Shown one piece after another: positions 12,901-24,357 of a stretch of DNA of 64,000 nt. The notes under the pieces were generated by a model, which had not been told where the DNA came from, did no database searches, and saw only the letters and a list, made by a program, of their open reading frames with translations. The stretch is from NCBI GenBank assembly GCA_030390025.1, contig CM059431.1:157482001-157546000 (forward strand), read 5' to 3'. The stretch's first letter is position 1. Each line of letters begins with the position of its first letter. A program made the position numbers and the translations under genes. The DNA is from Squalus acanthias (lineage: Eukaryota).

Positions 12901-13778
12901 TAAATTGTTCATCTTCAAAATAACGATGAAAATATCATTTTATGTTCTGACATGGGAAACCCAGGATTTCGAGCGATTGATTTATGTTTGCCTTTCCCAC
13001 TGACTCCAGTTTCCAAGGCCGGCTTGCGATCAGTACTGAGCAGCCTTTGAGCAACTCTCTCTGTATGAGACAGCGCACGATGTCTGACACATCACAGCAG
13101 CACTTGGGATCGAAAAACTGATTTTCGGTGTCGTTGTTTCTCTGAGTATCTGATAAATCGATGTTTCGCTGGAATTGATCGAAATCATCAAATATAAACA
13201 ATATATTTCCTGGTTCATTCCACAGATGTTCCAACTCATTTTCGAAATTGGGGTAGGAATCCAGGATCAGGCAATTTAGACATGTTTTTACTTCAATTAA
13301 ATTTAAGTTTCGAACATTTAAAGGAAAGACAACTTTAAACTGTTTGTATATTTTCCCTACGGCCCAGTCACTGATTATCTTCTGTATCAAGGTGCTTTTC
13401 CCAATCCCTGCGGCCCCAATTAACACGGTTGTCCCAGAACTGCCTGTTTTAGCGAAACTCAACAATTGATCCAGCTTTATCTCTTCCAGTTCGTTTTCGA
13501 TGTATTTCCTCTGTAATTCTTCACGCTCTCTACCTCCGGCCTTCAGTTCATTTTCTACCAGTCTCCGCTCACGCAGGGAAGCAACAATCGTTACATTAGT
13601 ATATTTTTCATGCAGAAAAAAATGTTCGAGATCTTCGTTTTCCACAGTGGATTTGACTGTTATTTTCGCGTTCTGTTTGCGAAGAGTGTCTTTGTGCTGT
13701 CGTTCTATCTCTTGAATATGAACAACGTCATTGGTGTAGTCATTGCAATTCAGGAGACAAATATTTAACAGACCAGTG
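9910..13778 (-). pseudogene. NLR (FISNA-NACHT-LRR; NLRP3/NLRC3-like fish type) pseudogene; exons ~13778-11991, 10454-10368, 10101-9910
   Basis: Walker A GAAGIGKST, Walker B ILFIFDDFD, LIASRP, MCYNPLYC, YTFSHSAVQDFVAA; LRR exons LNQNKLGDSGVKRL and LKSNDITDDCV...LMELDLSN with AG/GT ends in matching phase; in-frame stops at 12935, 12104, 12083, 10397. The 5' boundary of the NACHT exon is approximate. Confidence 0.9.
11320..11631 (+). mobile_element. CR1 3'-end fragment in NLR intron
   Basis: RGHRFKVIG...WNALPERLVEA...QGYGERT, followed by a CR1-type 3' UTR and (ttctgtga)-like tail. Confidence 0.85.
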
Positions 13779-14137
13779 CTATGAAGGAGAATCCAATCGT
13801 CAAAAATATAAAAAAATATTTAAAATATCTCAGCAATGAGTGATCCATAAATTATTTTACACTTTATTGCGCAGACACTCATAGAATAAAAGAACAATAC
13901 AATTTCTGAAGTGACAGTAACATGTAGCATAAAGCAATTTGAGGATTGTGGGCCGTTTGCTGTTGGATTTTGAGCTTCTGGTAATGAAGGTTTCTAAACT
14001 TCGATATAAATTGCCAAGTAAATCTTAATAAATTGCTGGTATTTTATATTCATAGGTAAATATGGGTTCTGAACGACTCCTGGTTTCGTCGTGTAACACA
14101 CGATGTTGGGGAAACGCGGGTCCGGGCAGAAAACAAG

Positions 14138-14390
14138 TTCCTTCATTACATTCTAAACCCGGAGATTCCATTTGTTCGGATTCTGCTGGTCAATGCTTTA
14201 ACCGTTAGACACATTTTATTGGCCAGCGGAGCCAGCAGGAGTCTCCGGGGTCAGAGCAGTGTGCAGAGTCGCAGAGACCCAGAGATGGAGACCAGAAGGA
14301 AATCCGTTATTTTCCTGTTTGTCATGTCTGGACATTTCATATTGTTATGGTCAGACTTTATGGTGTATTACATTTGGTGGCGAATGTGTT
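14138..14390 (+). pseudogene. GPR139-like GPCR fragment (TM5-ICL3-TM6)
   Basis: ILNPEIPFVRILLVNALTVRHILLASGASRSLRG...DPEMETRRKSVIFLFVMSGHFILLW, paralogous to 17740-17945; flanks are non-homologous. Confidence 0.75.
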
Positions 14391-15259
14391 TTTTTTGCCT
14401 ATCAGTATGTATTATTACCTTGTTTTTTTACAAGAAGTGTGCTATTATTTTCTATATATGTCTGCACATACACATATATATACATACAATACCGATGTAA
14501 ACAAACATTGGTATCAAAATATGAATTTACCATATTTTGAAGCGCAGTGGAGATTTATTTCACCTACAAATACTAGTAATGTCCATATTGAAACCTCTGC
14601 TCCCAATAGGTAAGCGCATTATGAGACCAGAGCAGGACACTAACCGCATCATGTCAGGCCGCCCGATATTCAGTTCTATTGGTCAATGGAAGGCCACATC
14701 AGAACGAGTGCTTACCTTGAGGCAGATGTAACACCACCCGTTTTGCTTCCCCTCTCAATTCAATTAACACCCACATGGTGTTAAACTAACCAATTTCACA
14801 ATAAGTCACAATCAATCAGCTTGCCTTCATACACTACCAAGTTGATGCATGAAAAATTTGCATTTCGATCAGTTTACTGAAATATGGCATGTAAATTGTG
14901 CGATATCAATAACGTTTTGTGAAACAAGTCAAAATAATCCGTACTGACCTCATTCTATTTTATGTCATTGTGTGGGTATATTGTAATTATAGAGTTGTCA
15001 AATATAAGTGATACGGAGTGAAATTGGCCAGGGGCGGGGAAGCAAAAAACCATTATTACATCGATCACCTGTTATAAGCTCCGCGCAATATTCAGATCCA
15101 TTGACTTTAATAGAACCGATAATCAGGCATGTGTTAGAACTATTTGAACAAGCTTTCTACCCTAAAATCCAGTATGAGCTTCAGTGTCAAATTATGTTTG
15201 CAACTCGGGATGGTTTACTTCATTAATGGCGCTATTTAAATACAAGTTGTTGTTGTTGC

Positions 15260-15560
15260 CAGGTGCTTATGGGGATTTACAGCGTATCAGGATCCTCCCA
15301 TTTGTGTTCAATGATTAACAGCATGTCGACATTCTTCCATTTTAAGAGAGTATCAGGATCCTGCCAGGTGTGTATGGGGTTTCACAGTATATCAGGATCC
15401 TGTCAGGTGTGTATGGGGTTTTCTCATTGTATCAGGATACTGCCAGGTGTGTATTGGGATTCAAAATGTATCATGATCCTGCCAGGTGTGTATGGGGTGT
15501 CACAGTGTGTGAGGTACTGACAGGTGTTAATGGGGTTTCAAAGTACATCAGGATCTCAAA
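15260..15560. repeat. Short ~37-bp tandem repeat
   Basis: gtatcaggatcctgccaggtgtgtatggggtttcaca repeated about 7 times with decay. Confidence 0.85.
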
Positions 15561-15587
15561 GTTTTGTCACTAAGTCATAAATTCATA

Positions 15588-16479
15588 GGGGGAGAAATTC
15601 AGTATCGCCCCATTTGGGGCGCAATTATCGGCCGGGCGCAAAAATTAGCGCCTGGCGCTAATTATCGCCACCGACTGCAAACTTGACTTTTATCGCCACT
15701 GGAGGTGATTGGAGCGCTAAATCAGGCGCTTCACACCTGTCTTAAGGCGCAAAGGCCGAGGAGCGAGGCGCTACCTCAGAGCGCTGGCGAAGCTCATGTG
15801 ATGTAGGTCAGCAATGGAAAAAACACACAATGGCACGGTCCAGTTCTTAAAGGGGATGGTTGATATTGCTTTTCATCCACATCCTGCTCATTGCAGCCTT
15901 GAATCTCGGCCTGGAGAGACCTGCACATCAAATCTGCTGGAAAGAACAATGGAGAGTACCAGGGAAAGAGCTCAGAGTGCAGCCCCCACAATTTCTTCTA
16001 AATCGATACAAGGAATGGCAAATCAAAATGAACCTGCAAAGTGCTGCTCAGTGCCCAAAACTCCTTCACGCAGCGTTGAATCTCTCCGGAAGTCTCTCTC
16101 CCTCTCTCTCAGAATGCATGGTTCAAAAATGGCACCAACAATAAAAGGCCGGACCGGTCGCCTTTATACAGCGCTCCCCCTTTCCCTTCATGACTGCAAA
16201 ACGCTCCCCTCAATATGTAGTTGCTAGCGTCAGGCGGTAAGGCAGGGGGCGCCACTCAATATCCGCTCCGGGGCGATAATGGGGCGTTGCGCACTCGACC
16301 GACGTCATGATCTGCCAGCGCAGGAGATCGTGGCGGTATTGTTTAGCACCGCCGCAAAATGTCTAGTTAATGTCGCGAGCGGCGCAACCATCGCCGCGCC
16401 TCGGCGCTAGATGATTTGCGTCCCATTAGCGCCCTCTAAAGGCGCTAACGGGAGGCGCAACCAACTGAATTTTTCCCCC
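15588..16479. mobile_element. Non-autonomous TIR DNA transposon (MITE-like, possibly PIF/Harbinger)
   Basis: TIRs GGGGGAGAAATTCAGT / ACTGAATTTTTCCCCC (15 of 16 match); 3-bp TSD ATA (15585-87, 16480-82); CpG-rich subterminal regions; no transposase ORF. Confidence 0.8.
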
Positions 16480-16660
16480 ATAGAGTCATAACGGCAGAGA
16501 AGGAAGCCATTCGGCCCATCGAGTTCCTGCTGGCTCTCTGTAGAGCGGTCCAGTCAGTCCCATTCCACCGCTCTTTCCCTGTAGCCCTGCAAGTTTATTT
16601 CCCTCAAGTGCCTATCCAATCTCCCCTTGAAAATATTGAGTGTGTCCGCTTCCACCACTT
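16480..16660 (-). mobile_element. CR1 3'-end fragment whose tail (continuing at about 15570-15587) is split by the TIR element
   Basis: tcatagagtcata tail, ccattcggccc 3' UTR and ccctgtagccctgc (QGYRE on minus strand). Confidence 0.75.
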
Positions 16661-17034
16661 CAGTCGAGCAGCTCCCTCGGGGCGATTATAAATAAAAAAA
16701 GCACAGAGTTTCGACCTAAATTGAATACTTTCGTCTCAGTTGAATGTTATGTTTACATTAGATCTTTCCAGTAATTGTGTTTAAAATATATTGAATACAG
16801 TTGACATCTAATGCCGCTCCCGAGATTCCCCTCGCCAATTAAACAGATGAGATCAAATGTAAAATTCCATCGATTGCTCCCTGGGGCCGCTGCAGTAACT
16901 CAGAAAATTGGCTCGGTGCATCACATGGTACCAGCCTCATGGCGGGATGGTTTCAGCGCTCCACACTGCAATGAAATATGTGTTTGGATGTTTGTAAGGA
17001 ATCCGCTTCTTTATTGACTATCGAAAAAGAACAA

Positions 17035-17226
17035 GTTGCCTTGAGATGGAGGTGGTGAGCCGCCTTCTTGAATCGCTGCAGTCCGTGTGGTGAAGCTGCT
17101 CCCACAGTGCTGTTAGGGAGGGAGTTGCAGGACTTCTACCCAGCGACGATGAAGTAAAGGCTATATATTTCTAAGTCCGGATGGTGTGTGACTTGAAGGG
17201 GAAGTGGAAGTGATGGTGTCCCCATT
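17035..17226 (-). mobile_element. 3' fragment of the second LINE family
   Basis: Aligns with 26508-26700 (ggtggtgagccgccttcttgaa.cgctgcagtccgtgtg...). Confidence 0.85.
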
Positions 17227-17283
17227 TGTTGTGAGATTTATCTGAGTATCCCTGTTACTGACCTGGTGTCCCTCTTTTTTACA

Positions 17284-18195
17284 CCGACCTACTGATAATG
17301 GTGATTCTCTCCAGAGGAAACTGCAGCCTTTCCAAATGTATCTCGGTCTACATGGTGGCCATGGCAACAGCAGATCTACTGGTCATGATCATCAATGTAA
17401 TCGTATTTCACATTTTCAGTAAACACTTCCCATATTCATGCCTGTCATACACTGCCGTTAGTAAGTTCATGGTGTACATGAATTCGACCAGCATGGATAT
17501 GTCGGTGCGGTTTACCGTCTCCTTCACATTTGACCGATTTGTAGCTGTATGTTGTCATGAATTTAAAACAAACTATTGCACAGTGAGAACTGCGGCCGCG
17601 GTTATAACAACGATCTCTGTCCCGGTTTATTTAGAGAACATCTCACGTTTGTTTGCCTTTGAACACAAACAAATAATCAACAATGTTCCCTGGGGTTTCC
17701 TCCCCAGTGTGGTCTTTTATTAATCGCCTTCTCTTAGTATATATTTTAAACCCATGTCTTCCTTTTGTTTTGATATTGCTATTTAATTGTTTGACCATCA
17801 GACGTATTTTAGCTGCCAGTGGAGCCCGCAGGGGACTCCGGGTTCACAGCTGTGAGATTCAGAGCGATCCAGAGATGGTGAACCGAAGGAAATCCATCAT
17901 TTTACTATTCACTGTATCGGGCAGTTTTATGTTGTTGTGTCTGACATCTGCCGGGAGTTTTGTAATTAACACCCTTGCCGTTTTTCACCGACCCGATTAT
18001 ACATCTCCTGCGTACATCGCCACTCGAAGCGGATATCTGCTCATGTATTTGAGCTCCTGTACAAACACGTGTATTTACGCAGCTACACCAACTAAATTCA
18101 GGGAAGAGCTGAAGAAGGTGGTGAAATTTCCTTGGACAATAATTCTGATATTGGTTAAAAAAATGAAAAATTTAACTAAAGCTTCCTTTAAGTAG
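17284..18195 (+). pseudogene. GPR139-like class A GPCR pseudogene (TM2-TM7 exon)
   Basis: VILSRGNCSLSKCISVYMVAMATADLL, FTVSFTFDRFVAVCC, DPEMVNRRKSIILLF, SSCTNTCIYA, KFREEL; stop at 17721-23 plus frameshift/deletion before TM5; expected TM3 and ECL2 cysteines absent (TAVSKF, PWGFLP). Confidence 0.85.
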
Positions 18196-18335
18196 AGTTA
18201 CATTGCAGCCCGTGTTCCATTTTAGAATGACCGTGTTACCGTTAGAATGAAAGCCGATTGTTGCTGTGAAAATGAACAGGTATCAGAAAACCTTTCTTCC
18301 TTTTTGTGCCGTGTGTTTTGTGTCTGGTGCTTTCC

Positions 18336-18795
18336 CTGGGTCAGCCGTGGCTCAGCTGGGAGCAACCTCGTGAGAAGTTTGTGGCTTCAAGTCCCGCTCC
18401 AGGGATGCAATAATCTACCATAATCTAGGCTGACACGCCAGTGCAGTGCTGAGGGAGTGCTGCACTGTCGGACGTACCTTCTTTCGAATGAGACGTTAAA
18501 CTGTGGCTCCGCCTGCCCTCTCAGGTGGACGTAAAAGATACTTTGCACTAATTCGAAGAAGAGCAGTGAGTTATCCCAGGTGTCCCAGTCAATATGTATC
18601 CCCAATTAACATCACAAAAAACAAATTATCTGGTCATTTTTACATTGCTGTTTGTGGGAGCTTGATGTGCGTAAATTGGCTGCCGTGTTTCCTACATTAG
18701 AAGAGTGATTACATCTCAAAAATACTTCATTTGCTGTAAAGGGCCGGTGGTCATGATAGGAGCGATATAAATACAAATCATTCCTATTCTTTCTT
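18336..18795 (+). mobile_element. tRNA-derived DeuSINE (SacSINE1-like), near full length
   Basis: A-box-like gtggctcagctgg and B-box-like ttcaagtccc head; Deu core gtgctgagggagtgctgcactgtcgg...atgagacgttaaac; 3' end gatataaatacaa...ttctttcttt. Confidence 0.8.
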
Positions 18796-20019
18796 TTACC
18801 ACGGGTCAATATAATCATTTTCCACTAATCAGAATATTCTAAAGTCTGATATTGTGATAATGTGCTTGTTTGTCTTTCTACTATAGCAATGTATTCCTTT
18901 AGCCTTTTCCTGTTAAGCAGGGAAGCACTGGTCTGTTTAAAGTACCCTGCGCTGTTGGGCCAGGGCTGACCCTGCAACAATGGTTAGTTTCACGATGAAG
19001 TAATAAGCGATTTAATTAAACTCATGGCATTTCAAACAGATTTAGCAATTTCAGGGAACTTTCATCATATGGTAACAGTTTGAGAAGAGAGTTAGTTCTG
19101 CAAAGGAAAATATTTGGACATCCATCATCATTTTCAACTGGTACAATAGATACAGAAACAGACAGACTTATTGTTAAAGGTTTCACTTGGTAAAATTGCA
19201 ATTATATGGACCAAGAGTGAAACTATCGATCAGATAAATCAATTAAACTATCTTTATGTGGAGTTTCAGATTAACGTTGATATAATTGTGTAATGCAGAA
19301 TTGTGTGGATTGTCGAATACAGGGAGTGAGAAAAATGAATTAAACCCTGCAGTTTTGAATGAGTATTCGGCTTGGTAAAGGCCTAAGATACTGAACTCAG
19401 GACTGTGACATGTTTGGGTCTCCACATCAACCATCATCAGGTGTCGTTCTAATTTCTACCTTTTAAGTGTGTGTGTAAGTACTATTGCATGCATTATGTG
19501 CTTAATAAACCTATGGCACCTCACGCCAATGTTCAAGAACATTATTGAAAAGCTTATGCTGACAATAAGCTTTGTAATTTAATTGTGAATGGGCTCCATT
19601 TACTAACTGTGATTAAGAGCCCGCTTTACCCGTCACTCTTTAACGTTCCACTTTACCCAGACGTTCTCCAAAACCAAAATCCTCTTGGTGGCAGGGCCCG
19701 TGGAGCCGGGGCTCTGCCAATCCGGCTGGCATCCAGCTTCTGGAGGAAGTGGTGACTAGTTGCGGCCGGTTTTGTGTAAGAGCCACATTCTCATTTACCT
19801 GGATGCGGACAACCAGTAGTATTTCAGGCCCGAGTTAGGCAGCCGGCAGAGGTTTTAGTTCCATGAGTCAGCGATGTTCTGCACCCAGCTACAGTCCTGA
19901 GAAGGCGACCTGCAGTCAATCACATCATCTAAATTCAACAGGTAAAATAGAATTCAAATGTATTAATAATTAACCCTTGCATTAGCGTGTCACATTCAAT
20001 CTGATGTGGTTGAGATTCC

Positions 20020-20470
20020 ACGTCCCCTGTTTCTAATTAACCAGTTGTTGTATTCCCTTGTGTTTCTCTATTTCTAATTAAACTGTTATTGTGTTTCCCT
20101 GACATTCCCGTCTCCTCTATTTCTAAATAAACAGTTACTGTCTCCCCAGTCCCCTAATTTTAAGTAAACTGTAGCTGTGTTACCCCATGTCTCCTTTTAT
20201 TCTATTTCTAATCAGACAGTTAGCTTATTCCCCTGAATCTCCTTGTCCTCTATTCTAATTGAGCAGTTGCTGTCTTCCCCTTTCACTACTTCTAAATGAA
20301 TGGTTATTCTGATCCGCTGGGCTCTATTTCTAATATCAGTTGCCATATTCCACTGACCTCTATTTCTAATTAAACCATTACAGTGTTCCCCTAAATTCCC
20401 CTTCATTCTATCTCTAATTATGCTTCTCGTGTTCCGCTGAATTCCCCTGTCCTCTAGTTTTAATTCTAAA
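20020..20470. repeat. Degenerate ~40-50 bp tandem repeat
   Basis: Recurrent ctatttctaattaaacagtt..tgt.tcccc motif, about 10 copies. Confidence 0.75.
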
Positions 20471-22054
20471 GATTAGGAGCAAGTCTGTTCCATAGATAGA
20501 CCGTCGCTCATTGAAATAACGGGTCCAGAAATTAGTTTTGAATTTACCCCCACCAATCTCAGGCCATGATCTCTGGTTTTACAGTTCTGGACAAGGTGAA
20601 ACAGCTCGTCATGATCCACCTGATCAAGTGGATAAAGAGCACATATTCAGGTCCCGGATATTCCTGTGACCATTTTATGCTTGTTATAGGATTGTTAACA
20701 TGAAAAGTGTAATTAAAATTCTGTTGCTGAGGCCGGCTACAATTCAACAGTTTAATTGGTAATTTTCATTGTACAATGAACTCAAATGCAGTATGTGACA
20801 AATTAAGCGTACAGCCCTTCTAAGACTACCCAATGAAGCTCACCATCTCACCTACAGCATGGCATGAACACAGGACAAAAATACCTGTACATGTAAACAT
20901 CACGCACTTCCAGGTGAGGTATGGGCTTGCTTTACAAAGCAGTGAATCGCCAGTAATATTGACGAATCAATTGCCGAGCCCTTTGCCAGAAATTAAACGG
21001 CTTGTAATAGCTATTTAGACTGTCATCTTGAAAAAATCCTGTACTGATGGAGCTCCTCGCCTTTCCATTCATTGATGAAGCTTCCTGTTTTATGCTGTCT
21101 TGTTAAATGGTAGTGTTGGTCCCACCAGATTTGCTCTGTGAAATGAGCGACTTTGCTCTACTGCCATTTCATGTGGAGCTAATTCGATTTGCTCTCTCCA
21201 CCTTCCTAAGATAATTCTCACTCCTAGAATTTTTTAAAATAAAAAATATTCATGTTAATTTTAGAATCGGTTACTCGAAAACAATGGAATACGTTCTGCA
21301 AATAACAATATATTTAATTTGAATGTATTTACGATTAATGACATTTTGTTTATTTGCTTATTTTAAGATTACATTGCTCTTTCCTTCTCTTGCCCCTATT
21401 TATAGGGACTATACTCACACACATTATCTGCTGCCAACTCTAGCTCCGCACACAATAACACACCACTGATGGTGCCTAACCAGGGGTGCAAACCTATCTC
21501 CAAGTGACATCACAAAGGAGCCAGGAGCCAATCATACAGCAGCCAGTAGCAATAAAACAAAGCAGCCGGAACTCCGCAGAGTCGAGGTTTCACAGGTTCA
21601 CATGACCAGACTCTGCTCCTGGTAGGAAGTCTCACTGGCGATGAACACATGTTATTCATTCAGTCCTGTCTTCGACCCCGTTTCCATGAACTGGATCCTC
21701 ACGCAGGAAGCACAAGTGCGAAATATTATCCCTTACGAAATGTCCACTCTAATCCTCCAACTCTGATGTCCCACTATTGAATGGCACAAATTTAGAAATT
21801 TTGAATTATATACCTCAAGGAGTCCGTCGCAAAATAGTAGGTAGTTTGACTCCCACCTGTCTTGGCAGAGAAAGGCAGATTGATGTAATGGTGCTTGGAT
21901 GAAGATATAACAACCTCCTCTCTATTCTGAAACCAGTCTATTTCCTGTAACAAGAAGGAGCATCAGTGGCAATGTGTAGGGATAATAAGTACTATCAATT
22001 AGTTGGGCTATGTGAGAAATAATTGGAGGGGAAATCATGTGCAATAATAGTAAA

Positions 22055-22640
22055 ACTTCGTCTACGCTGTCCCATCAAACACTCGCAGTTTCGGTACGGC
22101 ACGAGATACATGGAGAGTAAAACTACTTCTACACCATCCCATTAAACACTCCCAGGTCAGGTACAGCTTGGGTTACATTCAATGTAAAGTTCCCTCTACG
22201 CTGTTCCATCAAACACAGTATGCGTTATATAAGGGTAAAGCTCTTTTTGCATTGTTCCATCAAGCACATCCAGATTAAGTACAGTATTGGTTAAATACAG
22301 AGTACATGTCCTTGTACAAAGTCCCATCACAATTTCCAGGTCAGATACTGCACGGGCTAGATGGAGAGGAAAGCTTCCTCTATAATGTTCCAGAAAACAG
22401 TCCAAGGGCAGGTACAGCAGGGGATAGATACTGAGTAAAGCTCCCTCTAAACAGTCCCACAATACACTCTTAAGATAAAAACAGCACGGGTCAGACACAG
22501 AATAAAGCTACCTCGACACTGTTACACCAAACACTCATAGGGCACGTAAAGCACGGGTTAGAAACAGAGTAAAGCTCCCTCAACACTTGCGTATCAAAAA
22601 TTCCCAGCACGTAGATACAGTGTAGATCTCACTTTACAAT
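22055..22640. repeat. Degenerate ~65-bp tandem repeat
   Basis: ctacactgtcccatcaaacactcccaggtcaggtacagcacgggttagatacagagtaaagctccct-like monomers. Confidence 0.85.
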
Positions 22641-23804
22641 CGTTCGTAAAGCACCGTGAATTCAGGTACAGCATGTGGCTAATTTAGCAAACTACTCATC
22701 TTCTACTACCCAATGAAGCCCACCATCTCACGTACAGCATGGCATGAATACAGGGCAGAAATCCCTGTACATGTAAGTATCTCATTCTCCCAGGCGCAGT
22801 ATGGGCGAGCTTTACATATGAGTGAATCTACAGTCAAATTACTGCATCAAAGGCCGAGCCTTTTGCCAGAAATTAAAGGCTCCCAATAGCTTGTTAGACA
22901 CTCATCTTGAATAAATCCTGTACTAATGGGATTTTCAGTGGAGCTCCTCACCTTTCCAGTCTTTCATGAAATTTCCAGTTTTATCCCGTCTTGTACAATT
23001 GGAGTGTTGGTCCCACCAGATCTGCTCAGTGAAAGCAGCGACCTTTCTCCAGTTAGTGTGGTGCTGATTCGATTCTGCTCTCTCCACCTTCCTGAGATAA
23101 TGCTCACTCCAAGAATCTTTTAACATCAAAATGATTCATATTAATTCTGGAATCTGTTACTCGAAAACAAGGGCTAATTTTGGAACGACCATTATATCTA
23201 ATTTTAATATATTTACAATTAATGACATTTGGTTGAATTACTTGCTTTAATTTTATATTGTTCTTTTCTTTCCATGCCCCTATTTATCGGGACTATACTC
23301 ATTCACAATATCTGCTTCCAACTCCAGCTCCGCCCACATTAACAGCACTGCAGGTGTGTAACCAGGGTCGGACACTGTCTCCAGGTGACATCACAAAGGA
23401 GCCAGGAGCCAATCATACAGCAGCCAGTAACAATGTCACAAATCAGCCGGAGCTCCGCCCCTTCGAGATGTCACAGGGTCACATGACCATGCTCTGCTCC
23501 TGGTGTGCAGTCCCACTGGGCATGAAGACATGTTATACATTCAGTTCTGTCTCCGGCCCTGTTCCCATGTACTGAGGCTCCAGGCAGGAAGCACAACCGC
23601 GCAAAATTTCCTCTTATGCATTCTCCTCCCATCCTCCAAATATGAACACCCACTTTTCAATGGATCTTGTGTTCACCTTTTTAATGTATACACCCCAGGG
23701 CGTCCCTCGAATAATATAAGGAAGTGTGTCTCCGTCCTGCCTTGGAAACGAAAGGCAGTTTGTGGTAAGGGTGCTTGGATGAAGATTTAACAACCACCTC
23801 TGTG

Positions 23805-24120
23805 TTCTCCCAGGTCATGTGCAGCACGGGGTAGATACAGAGTTAAGCTCTGCCTAAACGGTCACATCAAACACACCCAGTTTAGGATTGTATGAATTAA
23901 AAAAGCAATTAAGGTCCCTCGACAAGGTCCACCATACACTCCCGGGGCAGTTACAGCACGGTCTAGATACAGAGTAATGCTCCATCTACACTGTCCCATA
24001 TAACACTCCCAGGTCAGGAACAGCACAGGTAAAATACAGAGTATAATTCCTTCTGAACATTCCCATCAAAAAGTCGCAGTGCAGGTAGACGTGGGGTAGA
24101 TACAGTGCCTATCTCACTGT
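23805..24120. repeat. Same ~65-bp tandem repeat in duplication copy 2
   Basis: About 5 monomers of the 22055-22640 family. Confidence 0.8.
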
Positions 24121-24357
24121 ATATTCATGCGCAAGCTCAGTCAACTTAATACATCATGTGTTCAATGCAACTTACAGCTCCTCTGACACTAACGAGTGAA
24201 GAACACTATCTCACGTACAGCATGGTATGAATACTGAACAAATGTCCCTGTACATCTATGGATGACGCAGTCCCAGGCTAGCTTTACATACCAGTGAATC
24301 CCCAGTCAAATTGCCGCATCAAGTGCCGAGCCTTTTCCCGAAAATTAAATGACACCC

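Noticed and set aside
15794..16227. ORFs inside the TIR element as a transposase
   Set aside because: Short, overlapping in several frames, no DDE or Myb motif recognisable
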